This document shows, piece by piece, positions 21,315 through 30,709 of a stretch of 64,000 bases of DNA. Positions within the stretch are counted from its first letter, which is position 1. Each line of letters opens with the position of its first letter. The stretch is from contig CAWKDB010000004.1 of the NCBI GenBank assembly GCA_963848295.1, forward strand, positions 160,001 through 224,000, given 5' to 3'. This DNA is from an uncultured delta proteobacterium (GTDB lineage: Bacteria > Myxococcota_A > Polyangia > Haliangiales > Haliangiaceae). Under the pieces are notes generated by a model that searched no databases, had not been told where the DNA came from, and was given only the letters and a program-made list of their open reading frames with translations. The translations under genes were made by a program, and so were the position numbers.

Positions 21315-23042
21315 ATGAAGATCGTCTGCGATGCTTGCCAGGCCAAGTACTCGATCTCTGATGACAAGGTCCAAGGCAAGGTCTTCAAGATCCGCTGTAA
21401 GAAGTGCAGCAACATCATCGTCGTTCGCGGCGGTGCTGGTGCTGAACAGGCGCCAGCACCGGTCCAAGAGAAAGAGACCCGCGTCTACGACTACGGCTAC
21501 GAAGGCGGTGAGCAGCCGGCCGATGATGCGGTCTGGCACGTCGTGATCAACTCGGACCAAGTCGGCCCGATGTCGGCCGGCGAGGTCCAGCAGCGGTTCT
21601 CCGCCGGCGAGATCGACGCCGAGACTTACATCTGGCGCGAAGGTTTTGCCGACTGGCTGCCGCTCGTGCAGGTCGACGTGTTCGCCGCGCTGGCGGCAGG
21701 CGGCGGCGGAGGTGGGGGGCATCAGGCCGTCGCATCGATGTTCGGCGGCGGCGGTGAAGAGATGGGCACCGTTCGCAGCGATCCAGGCGACTTGTTCGCA
21801 TCGGCCGGTGGCGCCGCGCGCCATCACGAAGAAGATGACGGCGGTGACCTGTTCGGAGCGAAGCCCGCACAAGCGCAACAGCAAGCCGCGGCGGGGAACG
21901 CGAAGCTGCGCGGCGAGCGCAACGAGAACTCGGTGCTGTTCTCGCTCAACAACCTCGCCCAGCTCGCGAGCGACAAGCCGGCGCCGGTGCAGTCCGCGCC
22001 GTCCGGTCACGCGACAGGCGCGGCGGGTGGCGAAGGCTCGGGCCTGATCGACATCCGGTCGATGGCGAGCGCATACCTCGGGGGCAGCGGCGCGCCCGCG
22101 TCGAAGGCCGCGACGTCGTCGGCGATCGGATCGATCGACGACCTGCCGGTGTTCGGCGGCGGCGGATTCTCCGAGCCCGCGGTGATCGTCCCGAGCGCCT
22201 CGCGCGGTCGCGATAACAAGATGCTCTACATCATGATCGCGGCCGTCGGCATGCTCGCGGTCGTCGCGGTCATCCTCATCGTCGTGCTGCTCAAGGGCAA
22301 CAAGACTCCTCCGCCGACCCTCGCGACCAACGAAAAGCCCACGGCCTCCGCCGACACCGCGACCGGCAGCGACAAACCCGCGACGCCGGAGACCGGCAGC
22401 GCCGCGACGCCACCGCCGGCGACGGGCAGCGCCGAGCCGCCGGCGACGGGCAGCGCCACCGTGGTCGCGTCGAACACGCCCCCGACGAACCACACCGCGG
22501 CACCCACTCCGGCGGAGAACACGCCACCGAAGGAGACGCCGCCGAGGAATACCCCGCCGCCGTCCCACCGGGAGCCGACGGTCGCCAGGGCGCCGTCCCA
22601 CAGGGAGCCGGTCGCAAGAAATACGACCCCGAAGGAATCGGCGCCGAAAGACACGGGCGGTAGCTGTGACGAGGTGTCGTGCGTGCTGAACAACTACGAA
22701 GGCGCGTGCTGCGCGAAGTTCAAGAAGGGCGGCGGCCCGTCGAGGTCGCCGACCACGGCGAGGAGCGGCGGCGGCGATCTCCCGGACGCACTCGATCGCC
22801 AGATGATCTCGGACGGCATCGCGAGGGTGAAAGGGCGCGCGCTCGCGTGCGGCGACAGGTCGTCCGCGAAGGGCAGGGTCAAGGTGCACGTCAAGGTCGA
22901 CGGCAACGGTCGCGTGTCGAACGTCAGCGTCGAGAGCTCGCCGGATCCGGGCCTCGGCGCGTGCGTCGCCGGCGCGGTCAGAGGCGCGTCGTTCGCCAAG
23001 ACCCAGAACGGCGGCTCGTTCGGCTACCCGTTCATGTTCTGA
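21315..23042 (+). CDS. GltJ/AgmX-like protein (Zn-ribbon, GYF_2, TM, Pro-rich linker, TonB-C-like domain)
   Basis: MKIVCDACQAKY...CKKC zinc ribbon; W...GPM...YIWREGFADW GYF_2; single TM; C-terminal VKVDGNGRV...YPFMF. Confidence 0.85.
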   Translation: MKIVCDACQAKYSISDDKVQGKVFKIRCKKCSNIIVVRGGAGAEQAPAPVQEKETRVYDYGYEGGEQPADDAVWHVVINSDQVGPMSAGEVQQRFSAGEIDAETYIWREGFADWLPLVQVDVFAALAAGGGGGGGHQAVASMFGGGGEEMGTVRSDPGDLFASAGGAARHHEEDDGGDLFGAKPAQAQQQAAAGNAKLRGERNENSVLFSLNNLAQLASDKPAPVQSAPSGHATGAAGGEGSGLIDIRSMASAYLGGSGAPASKAATSSAIGSIDDLPVFGGGGFSEPAVIVPSASRGRDNKMLYIMIAAVGMLAVVAVILIVVLLKGNKTPPPTLATNEKPTASADTATGSDKPATPETGSAATPPPATGSAEPPATGSATVVASNTPPTNHTAAPTPAENTPPKETPPRNTPPPSHREPTVARAPSHREPVARNTTPKESAPKDTGGSCDEVSCVLNNYEGACCAKFKKGGGPSRSPTTARSGGGDLPDALDRQMISDGIARVKGRALACGDRSSAKGRVKVHVKVDGNGRVSNVSVESSPDPGLGACVAGAVRGASFAKTQNGGSFGYPFMF

Positions 23043-23092
23043 GCTCCGGCGAAAGCTCAAAAGCAGGTGCCGCTTCGCGGGTCACAAGATCC

Positions 23093-23884
23093 ATGAAGCT
23101 GAACCACGCTGTTGAAGGCTCCGGCCGATCGGTCGTTCAGGTCGCCGCAGCGATCGAACCCCCGAGCTTTGCGGCGCCGGCGGTCATCGTACCGACGGCG
23201 GCCATCGCGCGCCCGAGGCGCGCCGTCGTGGTGCTCGCTGGAGTCGCGGCGCTCGAGCTCGTCGTGATCGCGACGTGCTCGGTGTTGATCGCAACGCGCG
23301 AGACGGCGGGCTACGCGCGCAGCACGATCGCGAAGGTCGTCGAACCGATGCCGCCCGCCGTGGCTACCGCACCACCGCGACCGAGTGCGGCGCCGGTCGC
23401 CATCGCCGCAGCGCCCGAACCGCCGCCGCCCGAGCCGATCGCGGGGCCTCCGCCGAGCAAGGCGGTGCCGAGCAAAGCGTCACCGCTCGTCAGGCACTCA
23501 CCTTCCATCAAGCTCGCCGAGCCCGCAGCGCCGAGTCCCGCTCGCGCCGCGTGCGATGAGATCTCGTGCATCGCGGACGCGACGGGATGGTGCTGCCCGC
23601 GCTTGCTCGCGACACCGGCCGCGCCGAGCACGATCGATGCGCACGCGGTCGGCACCGCGATGGCGCAGATCCGCGACCGCGCGATGGCATGCCGCGCGAT
23701 GTCCGGAGCCAAGGGCAAGGTCCGCGTCCACCTCACCGTCGATCCCGACGGCCACATCGCGAACGCCGCGATCGAGAGCACCCCCGACGCGGCGCTCGGC
23801 GAGTGTGTCCTGCATGCGGCGCACGCCGCGCGGTTCAAGCGCACCGACCGCGGCGGCTCGTTCGCCTACTCCTTCGTGTTCTGA
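23093..23884 (+). CDS. Truncated paralog of the upstream gene (TM, Pro-rich linker, Cys motif, TonB-C-like domain)
   Basis: CDEISC...CC and AKGKVRVHLTVDPDG...GGSFAYSFVF parallel the C-terminus of 21315..23042. Confidence 0.75.
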   Translation: MKLNHAVEGSGRSVVQVAAAIEPPSFAAPAVIVPTAAIARPRRAVVVLAGVAALELVVIATCSVLIATRETAGYARSTIAKVVEPMPPAVATAPPRPSAAPVAIAAAPEPPPPEPIAGPPPSKAVPSKASPLVRHSPSIKLAEPAAPSPARAACDEISCIADATGWCCPRLLATPAAPSTIDAHAVGTAMAQIRDRAMACRAMSGAKGKVRVHLTVDPDGHIANAAIESTPDAALGECVLHAAHAARFKRTDRGGSFAYSFVF

Positions 23885-24035
23885 GCCCCGAGGCTGGCAA
23901 GTCGGGTTGCCACGACGTCGATTGTCTCCACCGCGGACCGCCGCCGCGACCCGATTTTCGAGGGTGACGGATGGCACGCGACACGCACTAGCGTTTGTCC
24001 GCGCGAGGCCCCTGCTAGCCAGGCTCCTCCTTCGA

Positions 24036-24067
24036 GCGGCGTCCCCCGAGGACGCCGTTCAACTTTT
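24036..24067 (+). terminator. Putative intrinsic terminator hairpin
   Basis: GCGGCGTCC-CCCGA-GGACGCCGT followed by TCAACTTTT. Confidence 0.5.
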
Positions 24068-24092
24068 CGGCGCGGGCCCGATCGCGGGCGCC

Positions 24093-24728
24093 CTACGGAG
24101 CCTCGTAATCGGTGACGCCGGGCGCCCAGTTGCCGACCAACTCGATCACACCCCTGGTCGGCGACAGGCACAGCGTGCCATCGCACGTGTCGGGGCACTC
24201 TCCGGCACCGGGCTCGGGTCCTTGGCCGAGGCACACCGTGCCGTCGTCGTTGACCTGGAGGTATCGGCCCTCGTTGAGCTTGGTGCCTTCGTACGGCTTC
24301 GGCGGATCGGAGCGCGACGGCTTGCCTTGGAGCATCTTCGCGACCTTGGCGTCGTCTTGCTCGGCCCACAGAATGTAGAGCCCGGCCGGCGTGACCGCGA
24401 CTTGCGTGTACCGGCCGTTTGCGTTGTCGCCGACATCGGTCTTCGTGCCATCGGCTCGGATCAGCGTCCACCGCAAGCGCGCGACCTCGGCGGCGCCGAC
24501 CTTGCGCACGTCGTAGGTCTCGACCGTGATCGTGCTCGGTTTCAGGGTCGGGTCGTAGCTCGTCTGCTCTTCGAGCACCCACTTCGCGTGCGGCTGGACA
24601 AGGATCTTCCAGAACCCCTTCGCCGCGGCGCTCTGCACCGTCTTCTTCTTCGTCCGCTTCGGCTTCTCGGCGAGCGCCGACGACGCGAGGAACAACGCGA
24701 TGACTAGCCCGGGCCAGACCTTGCGCAT
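24093..24728 (-). CDS. Secreted hypothetical protein
   Basis: MRKVWPGLVIALFLASSALA signal peptide; GC3-biased codons; C-terminal Cys cluster. Confidence 0.7.
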   Translation of the reverse strand: MRKVWPGLVIALFLASSALAEKPKRTKKKTVQSAAAKGFWKILVQPHAKWVLEEQTSYDPTLKPSTITVETYDVRKVGAAEVARLRWTLIRADGTKTDVGDNANGRYTQVAVTPAGLYILWAEQDDAKVAKMLQGKPSRSDPPKPYEGTKLNEGRYLQVNDDGTVCLGQGPEPGAGECPDTCDGTLCLSPTRGVIELVGNWAPGVTDYEAP

Positions 24729-24762
24729 GGCACCGAGCGTAACACCTGGGTATGGTGCGCTC

Positions 24763-26304
24763 GTGCTGCTCGCCGAGCTCGTCGCGACAAGCGCCGCGGT
24801 GACCGAGATGTCGGGCCGGCTCGCGAAGATCGATCGCATCGCCGCGCTGCTGCGCGCGTTGCCGCCCGAGGAGCGCGCGATCGGTGCGCGTTACCTGGCG
24901 GGCGAGGTCATGCACAAGACCGGCATCGGCTGGGCGATCGTCGCCGAGGCCGGCAAAGCGATCTCGCCGGCGCGCGAGCCGTCGCTGTCACTCGCCGAGG
25001 TCGATGCGCGACTCGCCGCGATCGCGAAGCTCGGCGGTGCCGGCTCGGCCGGCGCTCGGCGCGATCAGCTCGGCGCGATGTTCGCGCGCGCGACCGAGGC
25101 CGAGCAGCAGTTCCTCACCGCACTGGTCAGCGCCGGGCTGCGGCAGGGCGCGCTCGACGGCATCGTCGTCGAAGCGATCGCCCGCGCGGCGGCGGTGCCT
25201 GCTGCAGACGTCCGGCGTGCGTACATGCTCGCCGGCGAGCTCGGGGCGGTCGCCGCGGCTGCACTTGGCGAAGGCGCGCCGGGCCTGGCGAAGTTCGGGC
25301 TCACGTTGTTCCGGCCGATCTTGCCGATGCTCGCCCAGACCGCCGACGATCCCGACGCCGCGCTCGCGAGCTTCGGCGGCAGCGCCGCGGCACTCGAGCT
25401 CAAGCTCGACGGGTTCCGCGCGCAGATCCACAAAGACGGCGATGACGTCCGGCTGTTCTCGCGCGGGCTCAACGACGTCTCGGCGTACGCGCCGGAGCTC
25501 GTCGCGGCGGTGCGCGCGTTGCCCGCACGGCGGCTGATCCTCGACGGTGAAGCGATCGCGATGGACGGCACGCGCCCGCGACCGTTCCAGCACACGATGC
25601 GCCGGTTCGGCCGAAACGAAAAGACTGGCGCCGCGCTGCAGGCCGAGCTGCCGCTGTCGCTCGCGGCGTTCGATGTGCTGCTGATCGACGATCAGGCGAT
25701 GTTGTCGGCCCCGGCGCGCGACCGGTTCGTCGCGCTCGGCGAGGTCGCTCCGGCGCTCGCGGTGCCGAGGCTCGTCACCGCCGATCCGGCCACCGCGAGT
25801 GCGTTCTACGACGACGCGATCGCCCGCGGCCACGAGGGCGTGATGGCCAAGGCGCTCGATGCGCCGTACGACGCCGGCAGTCGCGGCTCCGCGTGGCTCA
25901 AGATCAAGCGCGTCCATCGCCTCGATCTCGTCGTGCTCGCGGCCGAGTGGGGGAGTGGGCGGCGCAAGGGCTGGCTGTCGAACATCCACCTCGGCGCGCG
26001 CGACGGCGATGGGTGGGTCATGCTCGGCAAGACGTTCAAAGGCATGACCGACGACATGCTGCGCTGGCAGACCGCCGCGTTCCTCGCGCGCGAGGAGGAT
26101 CGCGACGGGCACATCGTCTACATCCGCCCGGAGATCGTCGCCGAGGTCGCGTTCAACGACGTGCAACGGTCGTCGCGCTATCCCGGCAGCCTCGCGCTGC
26201 GGCTCGCTCGGGTCGTGCGCTATCGCGACGACAAGACCGCGGCCGAAGCCGACACGATCGATGCGGTGCGCGCGATCGCGATCGCCGCCGGCGTCATCGA
26301 CTGA
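24763..26304 (+). CDS. ATP-dependent DNA ligase (LigB-like)
   Basis: PMLAQ, ELKLDG (adenylation Lys), LDGE, EGVMAK, WLKIK, ALRLAR; start uncertain. Confidence 0.92.
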   Translation: MLLAELVATSAAVTEMSGRLAKIDRIAALLRALPPEERAIGARYLAGEVMHKTGIGWAIVAEAGKAISPAREPSLSLAEVDARLAAIAKLGGAGSAGARRDQLGAMFARATEAEQQFLTALVSAGLRQGALDGIVVEAIARAAAVPAADVRRAYMLAGELGAVAAAALGEGAPGLAKFGLTLFRPILPMLAQTADDPDAALASFGGSAAALELKLDGFRAQIHKDGDDVRLFSRGLNDVSAYAPELVAAVRALPARRLILDGEAIAMDGTRPRPFQHTMRRFGRNEKTGAALQAELPLSLAAFDVLLIDDQAMLSAPARDRFVALGEVAPALAVPRLVTADPATASAFYDDAIARGHEGVMAKALDAPYDAGSRGSAWLKIKRVHRLDLVVLAAEWGSGRRKGWLSNIHLGARDGDGWVMLGKTFKGMTDDMLRWQTAAFLAREEDRDGHIVYIRPEIVAEVAFNDVQRSSRYPGSLALRLARVVRYRDDKTAAEADTIDAVRAIAIAAGVID

Positions 26305-26710
26305 GCGCGAGAGGATCGACCAGCGCCACACCGCTGTGCCGATAGTCTGCGGTGTTGCGCGTCGCGACCGCGAGGCCGTGTTGGAGCGCGGTAGCTGCGA
26401 TCAGACTGTCCTTGATAGGCATCGCGCGCCCGCGCTTCTTCAGCGAAGCGAGCAGCTTGGCCCACGTCGAAGCAGTCGCAGCGTCGATCTCGAGGGAACG
26501 GACGCGTTGCACGCCTAGCTCGAACCACGCTTCGAGCCGCGCGCGTCGTTTGCCAGCCGAGAGCAGCTGGATGCCGTACTCGATCTCCCCCAGCACGATC
26601 GGATTCACCGCCAGCTCGGATTCGTTTGCACGCAGCCAAGCGATCACCGAGGCGTTCGGAATCGGCTTGGTCGGCTCGCTCAAGACGTCGGCATCGACGA
26701 GGAACTTCAC
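26294..26710 (-). CDS. vapC: PIN-domain toxin
   Basis: FLVDADVLSE, GEIEYG, DSLIAATA, TRNTADY; start overlaps the antitoxin stop. Confidence 0.9.
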   Translation of the reverse strand: MKFLVDADVLSEPTKPIPNASVIAWLRANESELAVNPIVLGEIEYGIQLLSAGKRRARLEAWFELGVQRVRSLEIDAATASTWAKLLASLKKRGRAMPIKDSLIAATALQHGLAVATRNTADYRHSGVALVDPLALSR

Positions 26711-26937
26711 AGCGTGTCGGTCGACTCGGACGCGATCGGGACGAACCAGTCTTTGTCGGGGCACGCGAGCAGCCAATCGACGAGGCCCTCGTTGTCGCCA
26801 GTCGGTTGCTTGGTCAACAAGTAGCGACCGGCCTCGAGCCTCTCGACTTCGAAGCGTTGGCCCGTGCGGATCCGATCGCGCTGGCGCAGCTCCGCTGGCA
26901 AGACGATCTGGCCTTTGCTCGAGACGACAGTCTTCAT
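26707..26937 (-). CDS. vapB: AbrB/MazE-type antitoxin
   Basis: VSSKGQIVLPAELR AbrB signature directly upstream of the PIN gene. Confidence 0.9.
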   Translation of the reverse strand: MKTVVSSKGQIVLPAELRQRDRIRTGQRFEVERLEAGRYLLTKQPTGDNEGLVDWLLACPDKDWFVPIASESTDTL

Positions 26938-26946
26938 GGCGTTCAG

Positions 26947-26963
26947 GTAAGATACCGTCTTAC
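26947..26963. promoter_or_regulatory. Palindromic operator upstream of vapBC
   Basis: GTAAGA-TACCG-TCTTAC perfect inverted repeat about 10 nt upstream of the antitoxin start. Confidence 0.6.
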
Positions 26964-26979
26964 TGCTATCGCGTCAACC

Positions 26980-27999
26980 TCAACCCGCCGCCGCGCGCTC
27001 GATCTCGCCGATGATCATCATCCGCTCTGCCTCGGGCAAGAACGCTGCATGCGCCGCGTTCTCGCACAGCTTGACGATCTCGTGGGCGGTCAGCTTGAGC
27101 GCCTCCGCGGTCTGCCGGAAGTTCTCCGCGATGTAGCCGCCGAAGTACGCCGGGTCGTCGCTGTTGATCGTGACGTGCACGCCCTTGCGGAGCAGGCGCG
27201 CGAGGTTGTGCTCGGTGAGGCTCTTGATGACGCGCAGCTTGAGGTTCGACAGCGGGCAGACGGTGAGCGCGATCCGCTTGCGTGCGAGCTCGTCGACCAG
27301 CGACGGATCCTCTTCGCACCGAACGCCGTGGTCGATGCGCTCGACGTGGAGCTGATCGATCGCTTCGCGGATGTACGACGCCGGGCCTTCTTCGCCCGCG
27401 TGCGCGACGAGGTGGAGGCCGTGCTCGCGCGCCTTCGCGAACACGCGCGCGAACTGGCTCGGCGGATGGCCGCGCTCGCCGGAGTCGAGGCCGACGCCGA
27501 TGAATTCGCTGCGATACGGCAGCGCGGCCTCGAGCGTATCGAACGCGTCTTGCTCGGACAGGTGGCGCAGGAAGCACAGGATCAGATTCGACGTGATGCC
27601 GTACTGCTTGTGGGCGTCGTGCATCGCATCGCGCAGTCCGCCGATCACGACCTCGAGCGAGATGTTGCGCGCGGTGTGCGTCTGCGGGTCGAAGAACAGC
27701 TCCGCGTGCACGACGCCGTCGGCGTGCGCGTGTTTGAAGTACGCCGCCGCGAGCGCCTTGAAGTCGCTGCGATCGCGCAACACGTCGCAGCCGGCGTAGT
27801 ACAGGTCCAAGAACGATTGCAGATCCGCGAAGTCATACGCGGCGCGGACCGCCGCGACCGATTCATACGGCAGCTTCGCTCCGTGCTTGGCCGCGAGCTC
27901 GAACATCAGCTCGGGCTCGAGCGTGCCTTCGATGTGGAGATGGAGCTCGACCTTCGGCAGACGGCGGATCAAGGCTTCGCGGGCGGGGTCGAGCGGCAT
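26980..27999 (-). CDS. Adenosine-deaminase-fold enzyme, probably adenine deaminase
   Basis: LPKVELHLHIEGTLEPE, LQSFLDLYY, HAGEEG, RIDHG, NSDDPAYFGG. Confidence 0.92.
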   Translation of the reverse strand: MPLDPAREALIRRLPKVELHLHIEGTLEPELMFELAAKHGAKLPYESVAAVRAAYDFADLQSFLDLYYAGCDVLRDRSDFKALAAAYFKHAHADGVVHAELFFDPQTHTARNISLEVVIGGLRDAMHDAHKQYGITSNLILCFLRHLSEQDAFDTLEAALPYRSEFIGVGLDSGERGHPPSQFARVFAKAREHGLHLVAHAGEEGPASYIREAIDQLHVERIDHGVRCEEDPSLVDELARKRIALTVCPLSNLKLRVIKSLTEHNLARLLRKGVHVTINSDDPAYFGGYIAENFRQTAEALKLTAHEIVKLCENAAHAAFLPEAERMMIIGEIERAAAG

Positions 28000-28085
28000 G
28001 TAGAGGAGGCTACTACCCCGCTACCCGCTACGACCACCGTCCTACGATGGTTCGTCGCGGACCAAAGGTATAGGCTCGAGTCTGG

Positions 28086-30707
28086 ATGGGGGTTGGGGAG
28101 AAGATTGGCGCTGGCGCTGGACCATCCGGCGCGGAGCGGTCAGGTCATCCGGAGGGCGCCGCATCCGACGGCACCACCGTAGCAGCGGTGAGCGCGTTGC
28201 TCGCACGCAACGGCTCGCCGATGGAGGTCGCCGACATTCTGTCGAGCCATCCGCAGGATCAAAGCGCGGTGATGCTGCTGCTCCACACCACGCGCGGGAA
28301 CAGCTACGTCCAGCAGGTCACGACCGCGATGGGGAGCTCGAAGCGCACCTCGTCCGCTCATGATCCGATCGACGGGAGCCCAGCCGCGCAGCTCGCGCTC
28401 GATCGTCCGCCGCGATCGCCGAACGAACGGAAGCACGAGCACGTCGCTCTCGCCGAGCATTCGATCGAGGCGCTGCGACGATCAGTCACCGGTACGCTCG
28501 GCACGCTGATCCCGGGGTACGTCGCGGCACGCAACAACCTCGATACCGCGTCGGTCGCCGAGCTTGGAGGCCGACTGCTCGGCGCCTTCAATGTCATGCA
28601 CGGCGCCAAGTGCGCGTTCGACAAGCTCGCGCCCGCGCAACAGAGTGTCCCCGGTGGAACTGCGGAGAGCGATCTCGCAGCCGCAGGGCGTGAAACGTCG
28701 TTGCACGCGAACGCCGATGCGATCGCGAACCTGATCGGTCCGACGGACATCGCGATCGCCAGGACGCTCACTCCGCACGTGTTTCGCGGCACTGAAGTCG
28801 CGGGCCACGAGGTCAGCGTTCAGCTCGTAGGCGACATGGGCACCGACACCGCGAAGCTCGCGGGCGAGCTCGAGCGCACGATCGACATGCTGTCACTCGT
28901 CGAGGAGCTGAGCGCGTCGCTGAAAGGCAAAGGTGGTCTCGAGCGTTCGAAGCTGGATGCCGGGCGCTACAAGATCGCCGCGTGGGCCGGGCGCCCGCTC
29001 GATATCGCGTTTCTTCGGGCCGCGCTCGGTCGCGTGTGGGACGTCTACGACGCAACGGCGGAGGGGCCGATGTTGGAGAAACCCAGCGATGCGCTCGAGG
29101 AGGCGACCAAGCACGCCGCGCATACCGGATGGCTCGCCGACACGGGGCGGTTCGACCTCAATACGGCGTGCACGATGATCGAGGGCGGCATGGCCGAGGC
29201 CGCGCTCGGCGATCTCTACACCGCAGATCCGGACACGCGCGCGAGACTGCTGATCGAGATCCAGCAGCGCGGGCTGTTCGACAAGTTCTGCGACGCGTTC
29301 GGATGGCAAGAGCTCAAGCAGCTGCACGACAGCCTCGGCTACGGCTTCTCCGACCTCCGGCACGCGCTCCAGGCGAAGTTCACAGGCAAGGGCAAGTTCG
29401 GACCGACGTACGACAGCGAGTGGGAGAACCATGACAGCTCGCTGCACCATCTCGTCGGGAGCGTTCCCGGTGTCGGCGGTGCCCTGAACTTCGCGCTCGA
29501 TGTCGGCACGTTCGGGTTCAACTCGAGCTACGGCAAGGCGCTCGATGACGAGTCGGAAGGGCTCATCTCGTCCGACGAAGCGCGTGCCGAGCGCCACAAT
29601 GCGTGGGCGCGGATGGCTGCCGTCGCCATGGTCTCGACGATCACCGGTGGCGTCGCCGACAAGTTCGTCCGCGGCGGAGCCGCGACGGTCTCGACCGCTC
29701 GGGCGATCGCCGGCGGCGCGGCCGCGGGCGGCTTCGTCGGGACGAGCGCACTGCTTGCGTCGGACACTTACAACGTCTACGGGGCCGGCACGCAAAGCTC
29801 GCTGTCATCGCCATCGGCCTACGTCGAGACCGCGCTGATCGGCGGCTTGGTCGGCGGCGCGATCGGTGGGGTGACGAGCGGCTTGAGTCGCCGAGCCGCC
29901 GAATACACCTCCAACTCCGAGGTCGGCGCTCGGCCGGACGTCGCAACGGCAGCGCCATCGGTCGGAGCCGAACCGGTTGTGGTTGAACCACGGATCTCGG
30001 CCGCCGCGCGAGCCTCGGGCCTCGACCTCGGTGCCCTCACGCCCGTTCAGCGCACGCTGCTCGAGGCCGCGGACGGAGCGCTCGAGCGCGGCAACATCTC
30101 CGAGAGCGCGAAGCTGTTCGACGAGCTAGCGAACGGGGGTGTTCCGAAGGAGACCGTTGCCACGCTAGAGAACGAACTTGCGCGAACGCTAGGCAAGACG
30201 CCGCCGAGCGTGTACCGGGATCCCAAAGCAACGCTCCCGAACGGCGCGGAGGTTCCGCCGTCGGTTTGGGGCGGCGTCAAATACTACGGGACCAGCGAGA
30301 TTCCTCCAGAGATCGCCTTTGCCGACGGATTTCCGGGGCGAGGCAGCGACACCGATCTCTTGCAGCATTCCCAAGGAGCTCTAGACCGGGCATTCCGCGG
30401 CACCACCGAATACCTTGTCAGTCCCGATGGACAAGCTGGCGCGGGCGCGTGGGCGGAGGAGGGCGGCTGGGTCTACAAGATCGACGGAACGCCGAGCTGG
30501 GACCTGAACGCAGAGCTCGAAGGCCGCGTGCCACAGTCTGACGGGAGCTTTGGCGGGAATCGAATGCACGGCGAACACGAGCATTCAGTTCTTGCGAACA
30601 TCCCGAAGGAACGCATCATCGGAGCGTTCAAGATGACTGTCGATGCGAATGGGACCCTCAGACCCGGCCCGATGATTTCGAATCCGAACTACGTACCGAT
30701 AACGTAA
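28086..30707 (+). CDS. Polymorphic-toxin-like protein with C-terminal ADP-ribosyltransferase-like domain
   Basis: Gly-zipper hydrophobic segments (about 29600-29890); C-terminal YYGTS.IPPEIAFADGF...DLLQH...FRGTT...GWVYKID...DLN...GEHEHSV...IPKERIIGA matches the layout of scabin/pierisin/enterotoxin-A-type ARTs. Confidence 0.7.
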   Translation: MGVGEKIGAGAGPSGAERSGHPEGAASDGTTVAAVSALLARNGSPMEVADILSSHPQDQSAVMLLLHTTRGNSYVQQVTTAMGSSKRTSSAHDPIDGSPAAQLALDRPPRSPNERKHEHVALAEHSIEALRRSVTGTLGTLIPGYVAARNNLDTASVAELGGRLLGAFNVMHGAKCAFDKLAPAQQSVPGGTAESDLAAAGRETSLHANADAIANLIGPTDIAIARTLTPHVFRGTEVAGHEVSVQLVGDMGTDTAKLAGELERTIDMLSLVEELSASLKGKGGLERSKLDAGRYKIAAWAGRPLDIAFLRAALGRVWDVYDATAEGPMLEKPSDALEEATKHAAHTGWLADTGRFDLNTACTMIEGGMAEAALGDLYTADPDTRARLLIEIQQRGLFDKFCDAFGWQELKQLHDSLGYGFSDLRHALQAKFTGKGKFGPTYDSEWENHDSSLHHLVGSVPGVGGALNFALDVGTFGFNSSYGKALDDESEGLISSDEARAERHNAWARMAAVAMVSTITGGVADKFVRGGAATVSTARAIAGGAAAGGFVGTSALLASDTYNVYGAGTQSSLSSPSAYVETALIGGLVGGAIGGVTSGLSRRAAEYTSNSEVGARPDVATAAPSVGAEPVVVEPRISAAARASGLDLGALTPVQRTLLEAADGALERGNISESAKLFDELANGGVPKETVATLENELARTLGKTPPSVYRDPKATLPNGAEVPPSVWGGVKYYGTSEIPPEIAFADGFPGRGSDTDLLQHSQGALDRAFRGTTEYLVSPDGQAGAGAWAEEGGWVYKIDGTPSWDLNAELEGRVPQSDGSFGGNRMHGEHEHSVLANIPKERIIGAFKMTVDANGTLRPGPMISNPNYVPIT

Positions 30708-30709
30708 CC

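Noticed and set aside
22320..22660. Short direct repeats (ACCGGCAGCG, TCCCACxGGGAGCCG) considered as CRISPR or a mobile repeat
   Set aside because: They are in-frame coding repeats of the Pro/Thr linker (TGSA, PSHREP); there are no spacers or cas genes.
23895..23910. TGGCAAG-TCGGG-TTGC as a sigma-54 promoter
   Set aside because: GG-to-GC spacing is 11 nt rather than the required 10.
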